64,000 nucleotides of DNA from an uncultured Gemmatimonadota bacterium (GCA_951812955.1 OX638340.1:1856001-1920000); one strand, 5' to 3'; numbered from the stretch's first letter, positions 10,217-20,016 are shown. The notes: generated by a model not told the origin, from the sequence alone. Numbers and translations: made by a program.

Positions 10217-10744
10217 ATGAAATGGGACTATTACCGTCCTCATATAGACCGAAGAGTCCCGGGAAACAAAGTTGACCTGACTCCCTTGTGTAACGAATCC
10301 GAAGTTCGCAGGAACCTGATCCTGGATCTCGCCCGTCCCTTCCGCAACGTCGATCTGGACAAGGTAGCGAGTCCGGAATCGTTGGGATTCATCCTGGGCA
10401 GTGCGGTAGCCCAAAAGCTGAACAGGGGCTTCATTCCATTTCGTAAAGGGGGAGAACTACCCATCCATCGTCAGCACAGGTCGAGGGTCTCTTTTGTAGA
10501 CTATACCAGTGAGCGGAAATCCCTGGAGGTAAACAAAGACCTTATTCAACCTGAGGAACGCATTCTGATCGTGGATGATGTGATAGATACAGGTGCCCAG
10601 GTAACGGCCATGATTAAGTTGATCGAACGTCTACGTGGCGAAGTCGTTGGTGCTTCGGTACTTGTCGCCGACAGGAGCCCGAGAACAGCTCGTCTCATAG
10701 ACAAGTACAACGTACATGCTATCTATATGCCCATCATCGATTAA
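10217..10744 (+). CDS. adenine phosphoribosyltransferase-like type I PRTase
   Basis: PRPP-binding motif ILIVDDVIDTGAQV. An Apt-like region GFILGSAVAQKLNRGFIPFRKGGELP aligns by eye with the Apt consensus. The longest ORF begins at 10139, but the ATG at 10217 gives an Apt-sized 175-aa product. Confidence 0.6.
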   Translation: MKWDYYRPHIDRRVPGNKVDLTPLCNESEVRRNLILDLARPFRNVDLDKVASPESLGFILGSAVAQKLNRGFIPFRKGGELPIHRQHRSRVSFVDYTSERKSLEVNKDLIQPEERILIVDDVIDTGAQVTAMIKLIERLRGEVVGASVLVADRSPRTARLIDKYNVHAIYMPIID

Positions 10745-10917
10745 ATGGGCACTGCGGAGACGGAGACAAGCCCTTCCGGAAAACCATCTGGTCAAAGGCT
10801 CGGATGAGATTCAGATTGTTAACGTCGTTTCACTTGCATCAACGCAGAGCAGCATCGAAGGCGTAAAACGGATGTCGCAGGCATCTTTAAACAAAAACAT
10901 TCCGCAGGTATCTGAAA

Positions 10918-11367
10918 ATGTCCACCGAATCTGATAAACAGCGCGTATACAACGGTGCGTATGGTTTGTGTCGTGACCCATCAGACCGCTTGCTCCTGGT
11001 TCGTGTAACAAGCGGATTGGCGGATGCCGGACTATGGACATTGCCTGGCGGTGGTATCGAATGGGGAGAGCACCCGGAAGACGCTTTACTTCGGGAATTG
11101 GAAGAAGAGACAGGCATTGTGGATATTGAAAGGTATCGGTTGGCTGCGGTTTATTCCCAGGTGTATGATAATCCGGCATATCGGGCGGACGACTCGGTAC
11201 ATCACATTGGATTGGTCTACGATGTTACGCTCGTAGCGTTCAGCCTCAGGGACGAAAAAGACGGTTCGACTGATCACTGCGAGTGGTTTACCGAAAGTCA
11301 GGCTCGACTATTGCCGCTTGGGCAACTGGGTGAATTTGGCGTCGAACTGGCTTGGCCAAAATCATGA
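10918..11367 (+). CDS. NUDIX hydrolase
   Basis: Canonical Nudix box GGIEWGEHPEDALLRELEEETGI (GX5EX7REUXEEXGU). Confidence 0.8.
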   Translation: MSTESDKQRVYNGAYGLCRDPSDRLLLVRVTSGLADAGLWTLPGGGIEWGEHPEDALLRELEEETGIVDIERYRLAAVYSQVYDNPAYRADDSVHHIGLVYDVTLVAFSLRDEKDGSTDHCEWFTESQARLLPLGQLGEFGVELAWPKS

Positions 11368-11390
11368 TACGCTCACAAAACTAGAATGGC

Positions 11391-11765
11391 GTGAAACAAA
11401 CAGGTGCGCTAATGACACGAGCTCCGATTAAAGAACCCATCGCATTCGAAGACTTCGAAAAACTCGACATTCGGGCCGGTACGATCACTTCGGTCCGGGA
11501 AGTGGCCAATTCGAACAAGCTCATGAAGCTGGTTGTCGACTTCGGTGATCACACCCGTTCAATTCTGGCCGGAATAAAGAAGGAACGTGCAAACCCTCAG
11601 GAAATCGAAGGTAAGCAAGCACTCTTTTTGCTGAACCTGGCCGACAGGAAAATGGCAGGCGAGATTTCGCAGGGAATGCTCTTCGATATCGGCTATGCGG
11701 ACGGACTTACCCCGTGCCTCCTGGTACCCGAAATGCCTGTGCCAGATGGCGCGCGGGCTGGATGA
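11391..11765 (+). CDS. tRNA-binding domain protein (CsaA/EMAP/Myf-like)
   Basis: 124 aa. The pattern FEDFEKLDIRAGTI…KLMKLVVDFGD matches the tRNA-binding OB-fold of CsaA and the C-terminal domain of MetRS. Confidence 0.65.
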   Translation: MKQTGALMTRAPIKEPIAFEDFEKLDIRAGTITSVREVANSNKLMKLVVDFGDHTRSILAGIKKERANPQEIEGKQALFLLNLADRKMAGEISQGMLFDIGYADGLTPCLLVPEMPVPDGARAG

Positions 11766-11798
11766 AAAGTGCCTTCTTGGGATGGTAGGTAGTAAAGA

Positions 11799-12650
11799 TT
11801 GAGATTAGGGTTGTGCCAGTCTGGTCTGGCACCAAGGACGGGCATCATGAATCAACCATTCGATGAAGCGGTAGAGGCCATTATAACCGGGGACGCAGCC
11901 ACCCTGACGAAGCTGTTGGTGGCACATCCCGATCTCATCAAGGCCCGGTCCCGGTCCGATCACAAGGCGACCCTGCTGCACTATGTGGCTGCCAATGGCG
12001 TCAAGGACGAGCTGCAAAAATCGCCGGAGAATGCCGCGGAAATCGCCCGGATACTGCTCGAGGCCGGGGCGGAGGTCGACACCCTCGCCGAAACATACGG
12101 TGGGGGCACGAACCAGACGACGCTATGCCTGCTGGTTTCCAGTATACATCCGGCGGCAGCGGGTGTGCAGCCGGCGCTGGTGCAGGTTTTATGTGATGCG
12201 GGCGCGGCTGTTAACGGAGTCGCTGATGACGGGGCGCCACTGGGAACCGCGTTGCTGTTCAGCTATAGGAAGTCGGTCGATATGCTGGCGAGGTGCGGCG
12301 CGCGCATCGATAATCTGCTTTTCGCCGCCGGCGTGGGCGACCTCGCGAGGGTGAAGTCCTTTCTCCACACAGACGGCCGGCTAAGACCCGAGGGGATGTA
12401 CCATGGGTCCCATCTCCCATCCCCTGCCGATGAGAAGTCACAGGTCGACCTGGCATTCGGCCTGGCCTGCTATCACTTGAGGATCGAAGTGATCCGGTTC
12501 CTCCTTGAAATGGGCGTGGATGTCAATGTTCGTTCGAACATTTTCGGTAGCATGCAAACCGGTCTATACTGGGCAACCCACGGTTTCCATACGGAGGAAG
12601 AGGAGCGCCCTGTCGTTGCGTTTCTGCAGTCACAGGGTGCTACCTCGTAA
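11799..12650 (+). CDS. ankyrin-repeat protein
   Basis: Several repeats with the ankyrin consensus (…ATLLHYVAANG…ILLEAGAEVD…; …LVQVLCDAGAAVNG…; …LACYHLRIEVIRFLLEMGVDVN). Confidence 0.6.
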   Translation: MRLGLCQSGLAPRTGIMNQPFDEAVEAIITGDAATLTKLLVAHPDLIKARSRSDHKATLLHYVAANGVKDELQKSPENAAEIARILLEAGAEVDTLAETYGGGTNQTTLCLLVSSIHPAAAGVQPALVQVLCDAGAAVNGVADDGAPLGTALLFSYRKSVDMLARCGARIDNLLFAAGVGDLARVKSFLHTDGRLRPEGMYHGSHLPSPADEKSQVDLAFGLACYHLRIEVIRFLLEMGVDVNVRSNIFGSMQTGLYWATHGFHTEEEERPVVAFLQSQGATS

Positions 12651-12733
12651 CTCGGTGGAGTGCTATATCGCAGCACGGCGAAGCAATGTTTTTAGCATGG
12701 CGAGGCTGGTCGATATAAAAACAGCGATTCAGC

Positions 12734-14017
12734 TTGAATGGAGGCTGTATGACATCCGATACCGTTACCGGCCGCCGCCAGCGTGAGCATGCGCGCTTCG
12801 GGGCCGCAACCCGGCTGGAATCCGATGGCCCGCTGCCACAGCCCTTTCCCCGGGAGATCGGTCCGCGGGCCATGGAGTACCTGGCCGAAGTCGTCGATTC
12901 CGGACTTACCTGCGACATGGTGGGCCGGTTCGAGCGCGCATTTGCCGATGCCAACGGCGTAGCGCACTGCATCGCAACGCCAGGCTGCACGCCGGCCCTG
13001 GCCGTGCTGGCCGCCGCTTTCGACTTTGAGCCGGGTGACGAGATCATTGTCAGCTCGGTCAGCGACTTCGGTACCGTGCAGGGCCTGATCAGCGCCGGTT
13101 TCATTCCCGTGTTCGCCGATACCGCTCCGGGCACGATCAACGTCAGCGCCGAAACGATCGAGTCATGCATTTCCGACCGCACACGCGCGATCCTTGTCGT
13201 ACACCTGAGTGGACTGATCTGCGACATGGACGCCATCAATGAAGTCGCCGCACGCCACGGCCTGGTCGTCTACGAGGACGCCTGCCAGGCAGTATTCGGT
13301 CGGTACAAGGGCCGCTTGGCCGGTACCCTGGCGACGGCTGGAGGCTTTTCTTTTGACGCCGAGAAGACCATGGGTTCCGACGTGGGCGGTTGCATCCTCA
13401 CCGACGACGACGCGTTGGCCGAGCGGGCGCGCTTCATCGGCCATGCCCGCGCCGGTGAGATGGTAGAGCACTTCGGGCGCGTTCACACGGCCAACGGCTT
13501 CGCTCATCGCATGACCCAGTCGACCGCGGCGATCAGCCTGGCCCAGCTTGAAATCATCCAGCCGCAGGTGAAGAAGCGCGATCGCATGATCCGCCTGCTG
13601 AGCTCCCTACTCGACGAGATCCCAGGCGTGTCGGCGTTGCCTATTCCGCAGGAGACCGAGGTGTACTCTTGCTGGATGGCGGGATTCACCATCGACCCGG
13701 AACAGTTCCGATGCGACGTGGAAGAGTTCGGCGCCCAGGTAGCAGCCGGAGGCATCCCCGGAGCCAGCCCGATGCGCTACTATTTGCTGCCCGTAGCCCT
13801 TCCCTTCCTAAACGAAGCAGCCGAGCAGCAGCGCTTCCCCTACTCGCAACCTCCGGCGTCACGCACCTACCGCTACGACGCGGAAAGCTGTCCGAACGCC
13901 CACGGGATACTTGAGCGTTTCATCCGCTGGAGTTCGTTCTGCGACAAGTACGAGCCCCACCACTGCGAGCAGGCAGCCGCCATAGTGCGCCGCGTAGCCG
14001 ACGAGAACCGCAGATGA
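12734..14017 (+). CDS. DegT/DnrJ/EryC1/StrS-family PLP-dependent aminotransferase
   Basis: N-terminal FPREIG…LAEVVDSG pattern. PLP-lysine region SFDAEKTMGS. Length 427 aa. Confidence 0.8.
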   Translation: MNGGCMTSDTVTGRRQREHARFGAATRLESDGPLPQPFPREIGPRAMEYLAEVVDSGLTCDMVGRFERAFADANGVAHCIATPGCTPALAVLAAAFDFEPGDEIIVSSVSDFGTVQGLISAGFIPVFADTAPGTINVSAETIESCISDRTRAILVVHLSGLICDMDAINEVAARHGLVVYEDACQAVFGRYKGRLAGTLATAGGFSFDAEKTMGSDVGGCILTDDDALAERARFIGHARAGEMVEHFGRVHTANGFAHRMTQSTAAISLAQLEIIQPQVKKRDRMIRLLSSLLDEIPGVSALPIPQETEVYSCWMAGFTIDPEQFRCDVEEFGAQVAAGGIPGASPMRYYLLPVALPFLNEAAEQQRFPYSQPPASRTYRYDAESCPNAHGILERFIRWSSFCDKYEPHHCEQAAAIVRRVADENRR

Positions 14018-14808
14018 CCAAGAACAGTGGAGAACATTCGGTGGAGAAAGCGCTACAACTGCCCGCCCGCTACTACAGGGCCCTGCCGACTGATCGACCA
14101 GGATTCGAAGAGGTCATTCTTTCGCTCCCATTGAAGAAAACGGCCCTGGTAGGCATGCACTGCTGGAACATCGGCTGCCCGGACGGCCCGTCCGTGGACA
14201 CCGATTTCTGCGTCGGCATGGGCTGGCCCCAGGCATCCCAGGAGGCCGCCCGAATCATGGCCGAGGTCATCCGCCCTGCCATGGACCTTGCCCGTTCGAT
14301 AGGTATGCCCGTCTGCCACGTAGAGACGGATTGGATGGACCGACAGTATCCCCACGTCGAGTCCCGGCGCTCTCGCGACTCGGCACCGATACACCCCAGG
14401 CAGCGCGAGATGCTCGAACGGGCTCACGGCAAAGACTACATGGAGCGTTCCCCACTGGCACAGATGCGGCGGGCCGAAATCGTTTCACCGGTCGGAGACG
14501 AGCCCCTCATGTTCTACTCCGATGTGCTGGACGAGTATCTGAGCGAACGCGGCGTGGATACGCTCATCTATATGGGGTTCGCGGCCGATATGTGCCTGCT
14601 CGGCGCCGAGGGAGGCGCCCGTCCCATGTTGGCTCGCGGATATCGCTGCATCGTGATACGCGACGCGACCGTTGGCGTGGAGTCGCCGGACACCTTCCCG
14701 CAGCGGTTGGCAACCAACTATGGTCTCCACATCTTCGAGTGGACGCTGGGATACGGCTGTACTTTCGCCCAGTTTCAGCACGCTGTCGACGTAATGAGAG
14801 GTGCATAG
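14014..14808 (+). CDS. isochorismatase-family (cysteine hydrolase) protein
   Basis: ALVGMHCWN block at the position of the isochorismatase catalytic-Asp region. GFAADMCLLGA matches the G..T..CV catalytic-Cys motif. There is a 4-nt overlap (ATGA) with the upstream aminotransferase. Confidence 0.5.
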   Translation: MTKNSGEHSVEKALQLPARYYRALPTDRPGFEEVILSLPLKKTALVGMHCWNIGCPDGPSVDTDFCVGMGWPQASQEAARIMAEVIRPAMDLARSIGMPVCHVETDWMDRQYPHVESRRSRDSAPIHPRQREMLERAHGKDYMERSPLAQMRRAEIVSPVGDEPLMFYSDVLDEYLSERGVDTLIYMGFAADMCLLGAEGGARPMLARGYRCIVIRDATVGVESPDTFPQRLATNYGLHIFEWTLGYGCTFAQFQHAVDVMRGA

Positions 14809-14905
14809 CGTCGAGCAGTAAGGCCGAAACATCGAGGTGAAATGTAATCGGTGATGAGATGAACAGCAACGAACCGACGGGCGAAATGGCAAGAGGCGAT
14901 CACCC

Positions 14906-15970
14906 ATGAGTCTGAGCATATGCCCCTGGAAGTACGGCAAGCGCTGGGTTTACTCGATCACCTACGACGAGGCCCTCGCTGACCTGCACCGATTCGCCAT
15001 CCCGATGCACAAGGAATACAGGATTCCTGGCCACGTCGAAGTCGTCGTCGGCCAGTTGGGCGAGATCCGCAAGATCGGAAACTCCAGCTTCAACGGCTTC
15101 CGCCACATGAACGCGGACGAGTTGCGCGACCTGCTCGCTAGAGGCTGGGGCGTGGGCAACCACTCATGGAGCCACGAGATCATCACGCCGGAGACGGTGG
15201 ACCGGGAGATCGGCCAAGCCAAGATGGTGCTGGAAGAAGCACTCGGAGAAGCAATCATCCTGTACTGCTCGCCTGGCGACAACACGAACATGGCGGACCA
15301 TGTCCTCGAGGCCTGCCGCCGCTACGGTTACCTGGGCGCCATGAGCCTGACGGATGCGCTGAATCTGCCTGTGGACGAGCTATTTTGGATCAACCGCACG
15401 GCCCTGCACGACCACTACTACCCACCCTTCTACAGCGCCTTTGACCCGTACCGGAACATCCGCCAGGCCCAGGAGCTGCAGGGCTGGCTCATCGATTACT
15501 GTCACTGCCCTTTGGAGAGGGCCATCCATCCCAACAAGGACTGCTCCGAAGCCCAGCTACGGCAGCGACTGGAGACTGTACTTACCGAGGGGGGTGACGC
15601 GGTCTGGTGCGCGATGCCCGAAGAAGCGCTCAGTTATCACCTGATGCGGCGACATGCCAGGATCGAGATAGTGGCTCTGGGTAATGGAAAAGTGGGTGAT
15701 GATAATGACGAAATGGAAAGTGGCGCGTCTGGAGATGACGACGATGATGCGCGGCGCTATCGCATCGCCCTACCTGAATTGCCCGTGCAGGTACCCTACC
15801 GAAGCCTGACGCTGGAAGTCGGCGTGCCTGCCGCCTGGTGTCGCGACCCCCGTGTGACGGTGGATGGACAGGAACAATCGGCGGAAGCCCTGCGGCCGGG
15901 TGTGCTTCGGGTGACTACGCTCGTGAAGGACGGGACCGAAGTCGAGGTTCGGGAATCTCCACGTCCTTGA
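14906..15970 (+). CDS. polysaccharide deacetylase (NodB-homology) family protein
   Basis: HSWSHE motif (NodB motif 2). The N-terminal YDEALAD matches the NodB Asp motif context. There is an acidic low-complexity tract (DDNDEMESGASGDDDDD). Confidence 0.6.
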   Translation: MSLSICPWKYGKRWVYSITYDEALADLHRFAIPMHKEYRIPGHVEVVVGQLGEIRKIGNSSFNGFRHMNADELRDLLARGWGVGNHSWSHEIITPETVDREIGQAKMVLEEALGEAIILYCSPGDNTNMADHVLEACRRYGYLGAMSLTDALNLPVDELFWINRTALHDHYYPPFYSAFDPYRNIRQAQELQGWLIDYCHCPLERAIHPNKDCSEAQLRQRLETVLTEGGDAVWCAMPEEALSYHLMRRHARIEIVALGNGKVGDDNDEMESGASGDDDDDARRYRIALPELPVQVPYRSLTLEVGVPAAWCRDPRVTVDGQEQSAEALRPGVLRVTTLVKDGTEVEVRESPRP

Positions 15971-16080
15971 CCCTTTAATCCCCAATCCGCAGTTTGGCTC
16001 CTGGCGACGGAACCCGACCCGAGTGGGTCGCATGAATATCTGGCGTTCACACATGAAATCGACCGATATGGGAGGGAAAG

Positions 16081-16470
16081 TTGTCGCGTACGTCATTGGG
16101 TAAAATCTCACCGTTTTGGGTCGTGGACAAATTAGCCCCTTCGGTCGCTTTTTACATAAAATTGGGATTCGAAGTCCGCCACCAGTCACCAGAAGAAGAC
16201 CCGTTCTTTGCAATTGTTGGTCGAGACGACACGCAGATTCTCCTGAAGGAAATCACCGAAGACATCAATCCGCAGCCGAACAGGACACGTCACCCCTGGG
16301 CACGATGGGATGCATTTATCAGCGTCGAGAATCCCGATGCACTGGCGGCGGAGTTTGCCGAGGCCAATGTAAGGTTTGCCAGGGAGCTCGAGGATACCGA
16401 GGAAGGGTTAAGAGGTTTTGAGTTGCGCGACAACGATGGATACATCCTTTTCTTTGGTCGGCCGCGGTAA
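16081..16470 (+). CDS. VOC family protein (glyoxalase/bleomycin-resistance fold)
   Basis: 129 aa. A beta-alpha-beta-beta-beta module pattern with VVDKLAPSVAFYIKLGFEV is typical of the family. Confidence 0.7.
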   Translation: MSRTSLGKISPFWVVDKLAPSVAFYIKLGFEVRHQSPEEDPFFAIVGRDDTQILLKEITEDINPQPNRTRHPWARWDAFISVENPDALAAEFAEANVRFARELEDTEEGLRGFELRDNDGYILFFGRPR

Positions 16471-16554
16471 TTTGCCATGACCAACACTGATACTGGTTTT
16501 TCAATAAGGCTATTAGTACTTTCACAAATTCCACTTCCATAGACGAGGATACCA

Positions 16555-17292
16555 ATGGCAATTATGAGGAGTCTCTGCCTGTCGGTCGTGATGTGCTGCC
16601 TACTGTGGAACGTCCAACCATGCGATGCCCAGTCCGCTGAGCGACAGGTCGCACAACGTCTGTTGCTTGAGAACGGAGAGCTAACCGAGATGAAATACCT
16701 GAAATACCTCCCGCCTTCATATGACAGTAACGAAGAGGAATGGCCGCTGCTTTTGTTCCTCCACGGCGCAGGTGAACGTGGAGACGACCTGGAGATGGTT
16801 AAGGTCCACGGTCCGCCGAAAATGATCGCCCAGGGGAGGGATTTCCCTTACGTCGTCATTTCGCCGCAATGCCCGGAGGATGTCTGGTGGTCCATAGAAA
16901 CGCTGCATGCGCTGGTAAACGAAGTCCTCGAGACCCATCGCATCGATAAGTCCAGGATCTATGTGACCGGTCTGAGCATGGGTGGATACGGTTCGTGGGA
17001 GCTGGCGTATACCTATCCTGAAATGTTTACCGCGGTCGCGCCCATTTGCGGGATGGGGGATCCGGAAAAAGCGCATTTGATGAAGGGCATACCGACCTGG
17101 GTCTTCCACGGCGCGAAAGATGAGATCGTGCCACTGGTGCGATCCCAGGAGATGGTTGATGCGCTCGAGGAGGTCGGAGGCAATGTTCGCTTTACAGTTT
17201 ATCCGGAAGCAGGCCATGTTGGGGCCTGGGAAAATGCGTACGACGATCCTGAGTTTTGGGAGTGGCTTTCGGCGCAGAGGCGTGCGGAGTAA
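16555..17292 (+). CDS. secreted alpha/beta-hydrolase esterase (phospholipase/carboxylesterase, PHB-depolymerase-like)
   Basis: N-terminal signal peptide. HGAGERGDD oxyanion region. Nucleophile elbow GLSMGG (GxSxG). Confidence 0.75.
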   Translation: MAIMRSLCLSVVMCCLLWNVQPCDAQSAERQVAQRLLLENGELTEMKYLKYLPPSYDSNEEEWPLLLFLHGAGERGDDLEMVKVHGPPKMIAQGRDFPYVVISPQCPEDVWWSIETLHALVNEVLETHRIDKSRIYVTGLSMGGYGSWELAYTYPEMFTAVAPICGMGDPEKAHLMKGIPTWVFHGAKDEIVPLVRSQEMVDALEEVGGNVRFTVYPEAGHVGAWENAYDDPEFWEWLSAQRRAE

Positions 17293-17325
17293 CAATAACC
17301 AGGTGTTGAATAGTTCGATTAGCTC

Positions 17326-19845
17326 TCAGCACGACCTCAGAATCGCACCACCCCTCCGCAAAACATCAAATGAATGTTCCCGGCCGCCCACTCTCAACCT
17401 GAACCCACCGTCCTCCCGGCCAACCCGACCCTTCGCAGAACCGCTGCAAAATGCAAGGACCATGACGTCGTCGTCCGTACCCGCCACCAGCCTTGTCGAG
17501 GCCTCGGTTGCATCCGGTAGGAAGCTGACGAGGCTGCCGGCGGCGAGCCCGGAGGGTGCGTAGGGCACCTCCTCTGTCCGCCACTGAAGCCCTTTTCCAA
17601 GCACCGAAATAACCTCCACCAGACTTGATCCCGAGCCTAACCGGGCGCGGTCTCCCTCCAAGCCGCGCAGGTCCACGGGGTTCAGCTTGTAGGACAACTC
17701 GCCACTGCCCGTTTCCGGTCCCAATCCATCTGCCGGATCCACGATGAGCCGGCGTCGGCCCGGGCAGCGGAGGTTGATCAGCGCGATATCGCAGTCCGCG
17801 GAGACTCCGGGCGTCTGGATTGAACCGCCGAAGGCCAATGCGGTATTGGGCTTGACGTAGAACGTGCGCGGTTCTTCCCGAGAAGCGAGTCCCTGCGTGT
17901 CCCGGCCCATCTCGCCGAAGATAACCGGGTCGTCCAGACGACTCGACCTGTCATCAAGAACAATCTCCATCCATGGCTTGCCGCCGCGCCGGTTGAAGCC
18001 GCCCCAAGCGATTTGCACGTCGTGCCACGTGCCTACTTCCACAGTACCCGGCGCTTGTACGGAAACCAGGTTGTTGTTCTGGCTCTGCACATTGAATTGC
18101 AGTTTGCCGTCCGTATCAGCAACCAGGGCGAATGTGTTGACCCCAGTCCCAAGATGCCCGCCGACCCCGTTCCCGGCGTTGAACAGCACCCTGAGGCCGC
18201 TCGCGTGTCCCCGCAACCGGAAACGAAGACGCAGGCGTCCGTCGTTGGCGTTAAACCATGGTTTGGCGTCGTATTGCAGGGCGTCGCCGCCACTTACCCG
18301 AATAAGCGGACTAACGTCCTTTACTACCCTAACGCCGCGTGGGCGACGCCGCAGGGCCACGAGCAGGATAGGATCGTCCCCGCGTGACAGCCAGTATTCG
18401 TGCTCGGTTCGCCGGGAGGAGACGCACAGCCGCTGCCAGTGCTTCATGCGTTTCAGGCCGCCCGGCAAGGCGACGGTCTCGTTCTGGCCGCCCACGCAGG
18501 GCAGGCTGCCGCAAGTCACCGGCTGGGCCTCGAAGGCACTTATGGTACGCAGCAGCGGACTGCCCGCCCACTGAACGTGCAGGCTCATGAAGTTGGCGGC
18601 CAGGCCGCCGGCGTATCCGCTGACGCTTAAAATCGCCGCGTTGGGTTCGTGACCGCTGCGCATCACGACGAATCGGCCCGTGTACATGTCGTAACTACCC
18701 GCCAGCGAAGTCACTTGCCGCGACCTGGTCGAGCGGAAAGCGGGATCGTAATAGCAGTAGGCGTACGGTCCGTAGGAAATCATGCACTCCGCGGTCGAAC
18801 CCTTGACGCCCATTCCGAATCGATACAGCCGACCCAGGCGCGGATCGGAAAGGGCGACATCGCGCAGCCTACCGTCTCCGGCCTCCTGGGCCAGCCTCAG
18901 GAGCACCGGCGAACAATTATCCAGCTGACCGCCTAGTACGACGTTGGAATTGATGGGATAGTACAGCTCGTCGGGGATTTCCCGAGGCGCCGTCCAGTGA
19001 GCGCGGAACCACGCAAGCGGACGACGAAACCGGTCAGGAACCTCGCTCATCAGATCGATACCGGTAACATTGCGCAGCGCATCGGCGAAATGCAGGAGCC
19101 ACAGGTTTTCAAAACCCCAGAAGGTGGGTCCGTCTACGGGCTCGCCACCGGGACCGCAGCCGTGGGGCAGGACGCCGATCCGAAAGCGATCGATAACCGC
19201 CTGCACCCATGCTTCCGCGCGGGGATGCTCACCCAGCAGATGAACCGCGGCTACCCCGAAGTGCCCATAGTCGACGACGGTGTGGTGCCCGCCTGCCTTG
19301 AAGTGCCGTCGTTCGTCCACATACAACCACCAGCGATCCATCAACTCCACGAGACTGTCACGGACCTGACGCTTTTCGGCCTCGAGCAATACTTCGTCCA
19401 TCAGGTCGAGGGCAAGCGCGAAAGCGTGCATGTAGCGGTTGGCAGTGTAGAAGTGCTCCTCCACGTGATCGCCGTGGTCCCAGCCCGCCGCGGCCCGCAG
19501 CCAGGCGCGGGCCCGTCCAAGCCAGCGCGGGTCGTCCGTGAGTCGCCAGGCGAAGGCGTAATTTTCGATCAGGGCCGTGGCCTGCATGGCGGTGTAAAAG
19601 GTAAGGTAGAGTTGGTGATTTGGGTGGGGGCTGTGCATTCGGCGCGGGACCCGTCGCCAAGGCCGCTGACCTGCATACAGCTCGCAGTCGTCCAGAAGTC
19701 TGGAGAGGATGCGGCGGCGAACCGGATCGGCCGGTGGCTTGAACTCGAAACCGGGATCGTCGACTGGCCTGAACAACCGGGGTCTTTCGTGGCGGATAAC
19801 CGAGACACGAGAATGATCCGGCGAGTTGGATTGTATGGCGGTCAT
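17326..19845 (-). CDS. heparinase II/III-like (polysaccharide-lyase-like alpha/alpha toroid) protein with C-terminal LamG/ConA-like domain
   Basis: 839 aa with no signal peptide. The N-terminal two-thirds resembles alginate-lyase/heparinase II/III folds. The C-terminal ~150 aa is beta-rich with the W-x-hydrophobic pattern of LamG-like domains. Assignment is by pattern only. Confidence 0.35.
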   Translation of the reverse strand: MTAIQSNSPDHSRVSVIRHERPRLFRPVDDPGFEFKPPADPVRRRILSRLLDDCELYAGQRPWRRVPRRMHSPHPNHQLYLTFYTAMQATALIENYAFAWRLTDDPRWLGRARAWLRAAAGWDHGDHVEEHFYTANRYMHAFALALDLMDEVLLEAEKRQVRDSLVELMDRWWLYVDERRHFKAGGHHTVVDYGHFGVAAVHLLGEHPRAEAWVQAVIDRFRIGVLPHGCGPGGEPVDGPTFWGFENLWLLHFADALRNVTGIDLMSEVPDRFRRPLAWFRAHWTAPREIPDELYYPINSNVVLGGQLDNCSPVLLRLAQEAGDGRLRDVALSDPRLGRLYRFGMGVKGSTAECMISYGPYAYCYYDPAFRSTRSRQVTSLAGSYDMYTGRFVVMRSGHEPNAAILSVSGYAGGLAANFMSLHVQWAGSPLLRTISAFEAQPVTCGSLPCVGGQNETVALPGGLKRMKHWQRLCVSSRRTEHEYWLSRGDDPILLVALRRRPRGVRVVKDVSPLIRVSGGDALQYDAKPWFNANDGRLRLRFRLRGHASGLRVLFNAGNGVGGHLGTGVNTFALVADTDGKLQFNVQSQNNNLVSVQAPGTVEVGTWHDVQIAWGGFNRRGGKPWMEIVLDDRSSRLDDPVIFGEMGRDTQGLASREEPRTFYVKPNTALAFGGSIQTPGVSADCDIALINLRCPGRRRLIVDPADGLGPETGSGELSYKLNPVDLRGLEGDRARLGSGSSLVEVISVLGKGLQWRTEEVPYAPSGLAAGSLVSFLPDATEASTRLVAGTDDDVMVLAFCSGSAKGRVGREDGGFRLRVGGREHSFDVLRRGGAILRSC

Positions 19846-20016
19846 CAGTAGAGATCACGCTCCCGGGGATAGACTTCGTGTACCTGCATTCGAGTTTGTA
19901 ACATGCATTGTGTAACCGTCGACGGCGTGTATCTTGCTTATTATGTACTGCATTCTCCACGACTGAGCAACACCAGCGTGAGATATACGGACGGAACCCT
20001 GTCTGCTTGATGTATC

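Noticed and set aside
17864-18574. 236-aa plus-strand ORF and several 60-120-aa ORFs inside 17326..19845
   Set aside because: They are antisense to the long heparinase-like gene, Ser/Pro/Arg-rich and low-complexity.
19986-19990. GGAAC pentamer resembling an ECF -35 element upstream of the 20017 permease gene
   Set aside because: It is only 26 nt from the start codon with no matching -10 at correct spacing, so it is probably chance.
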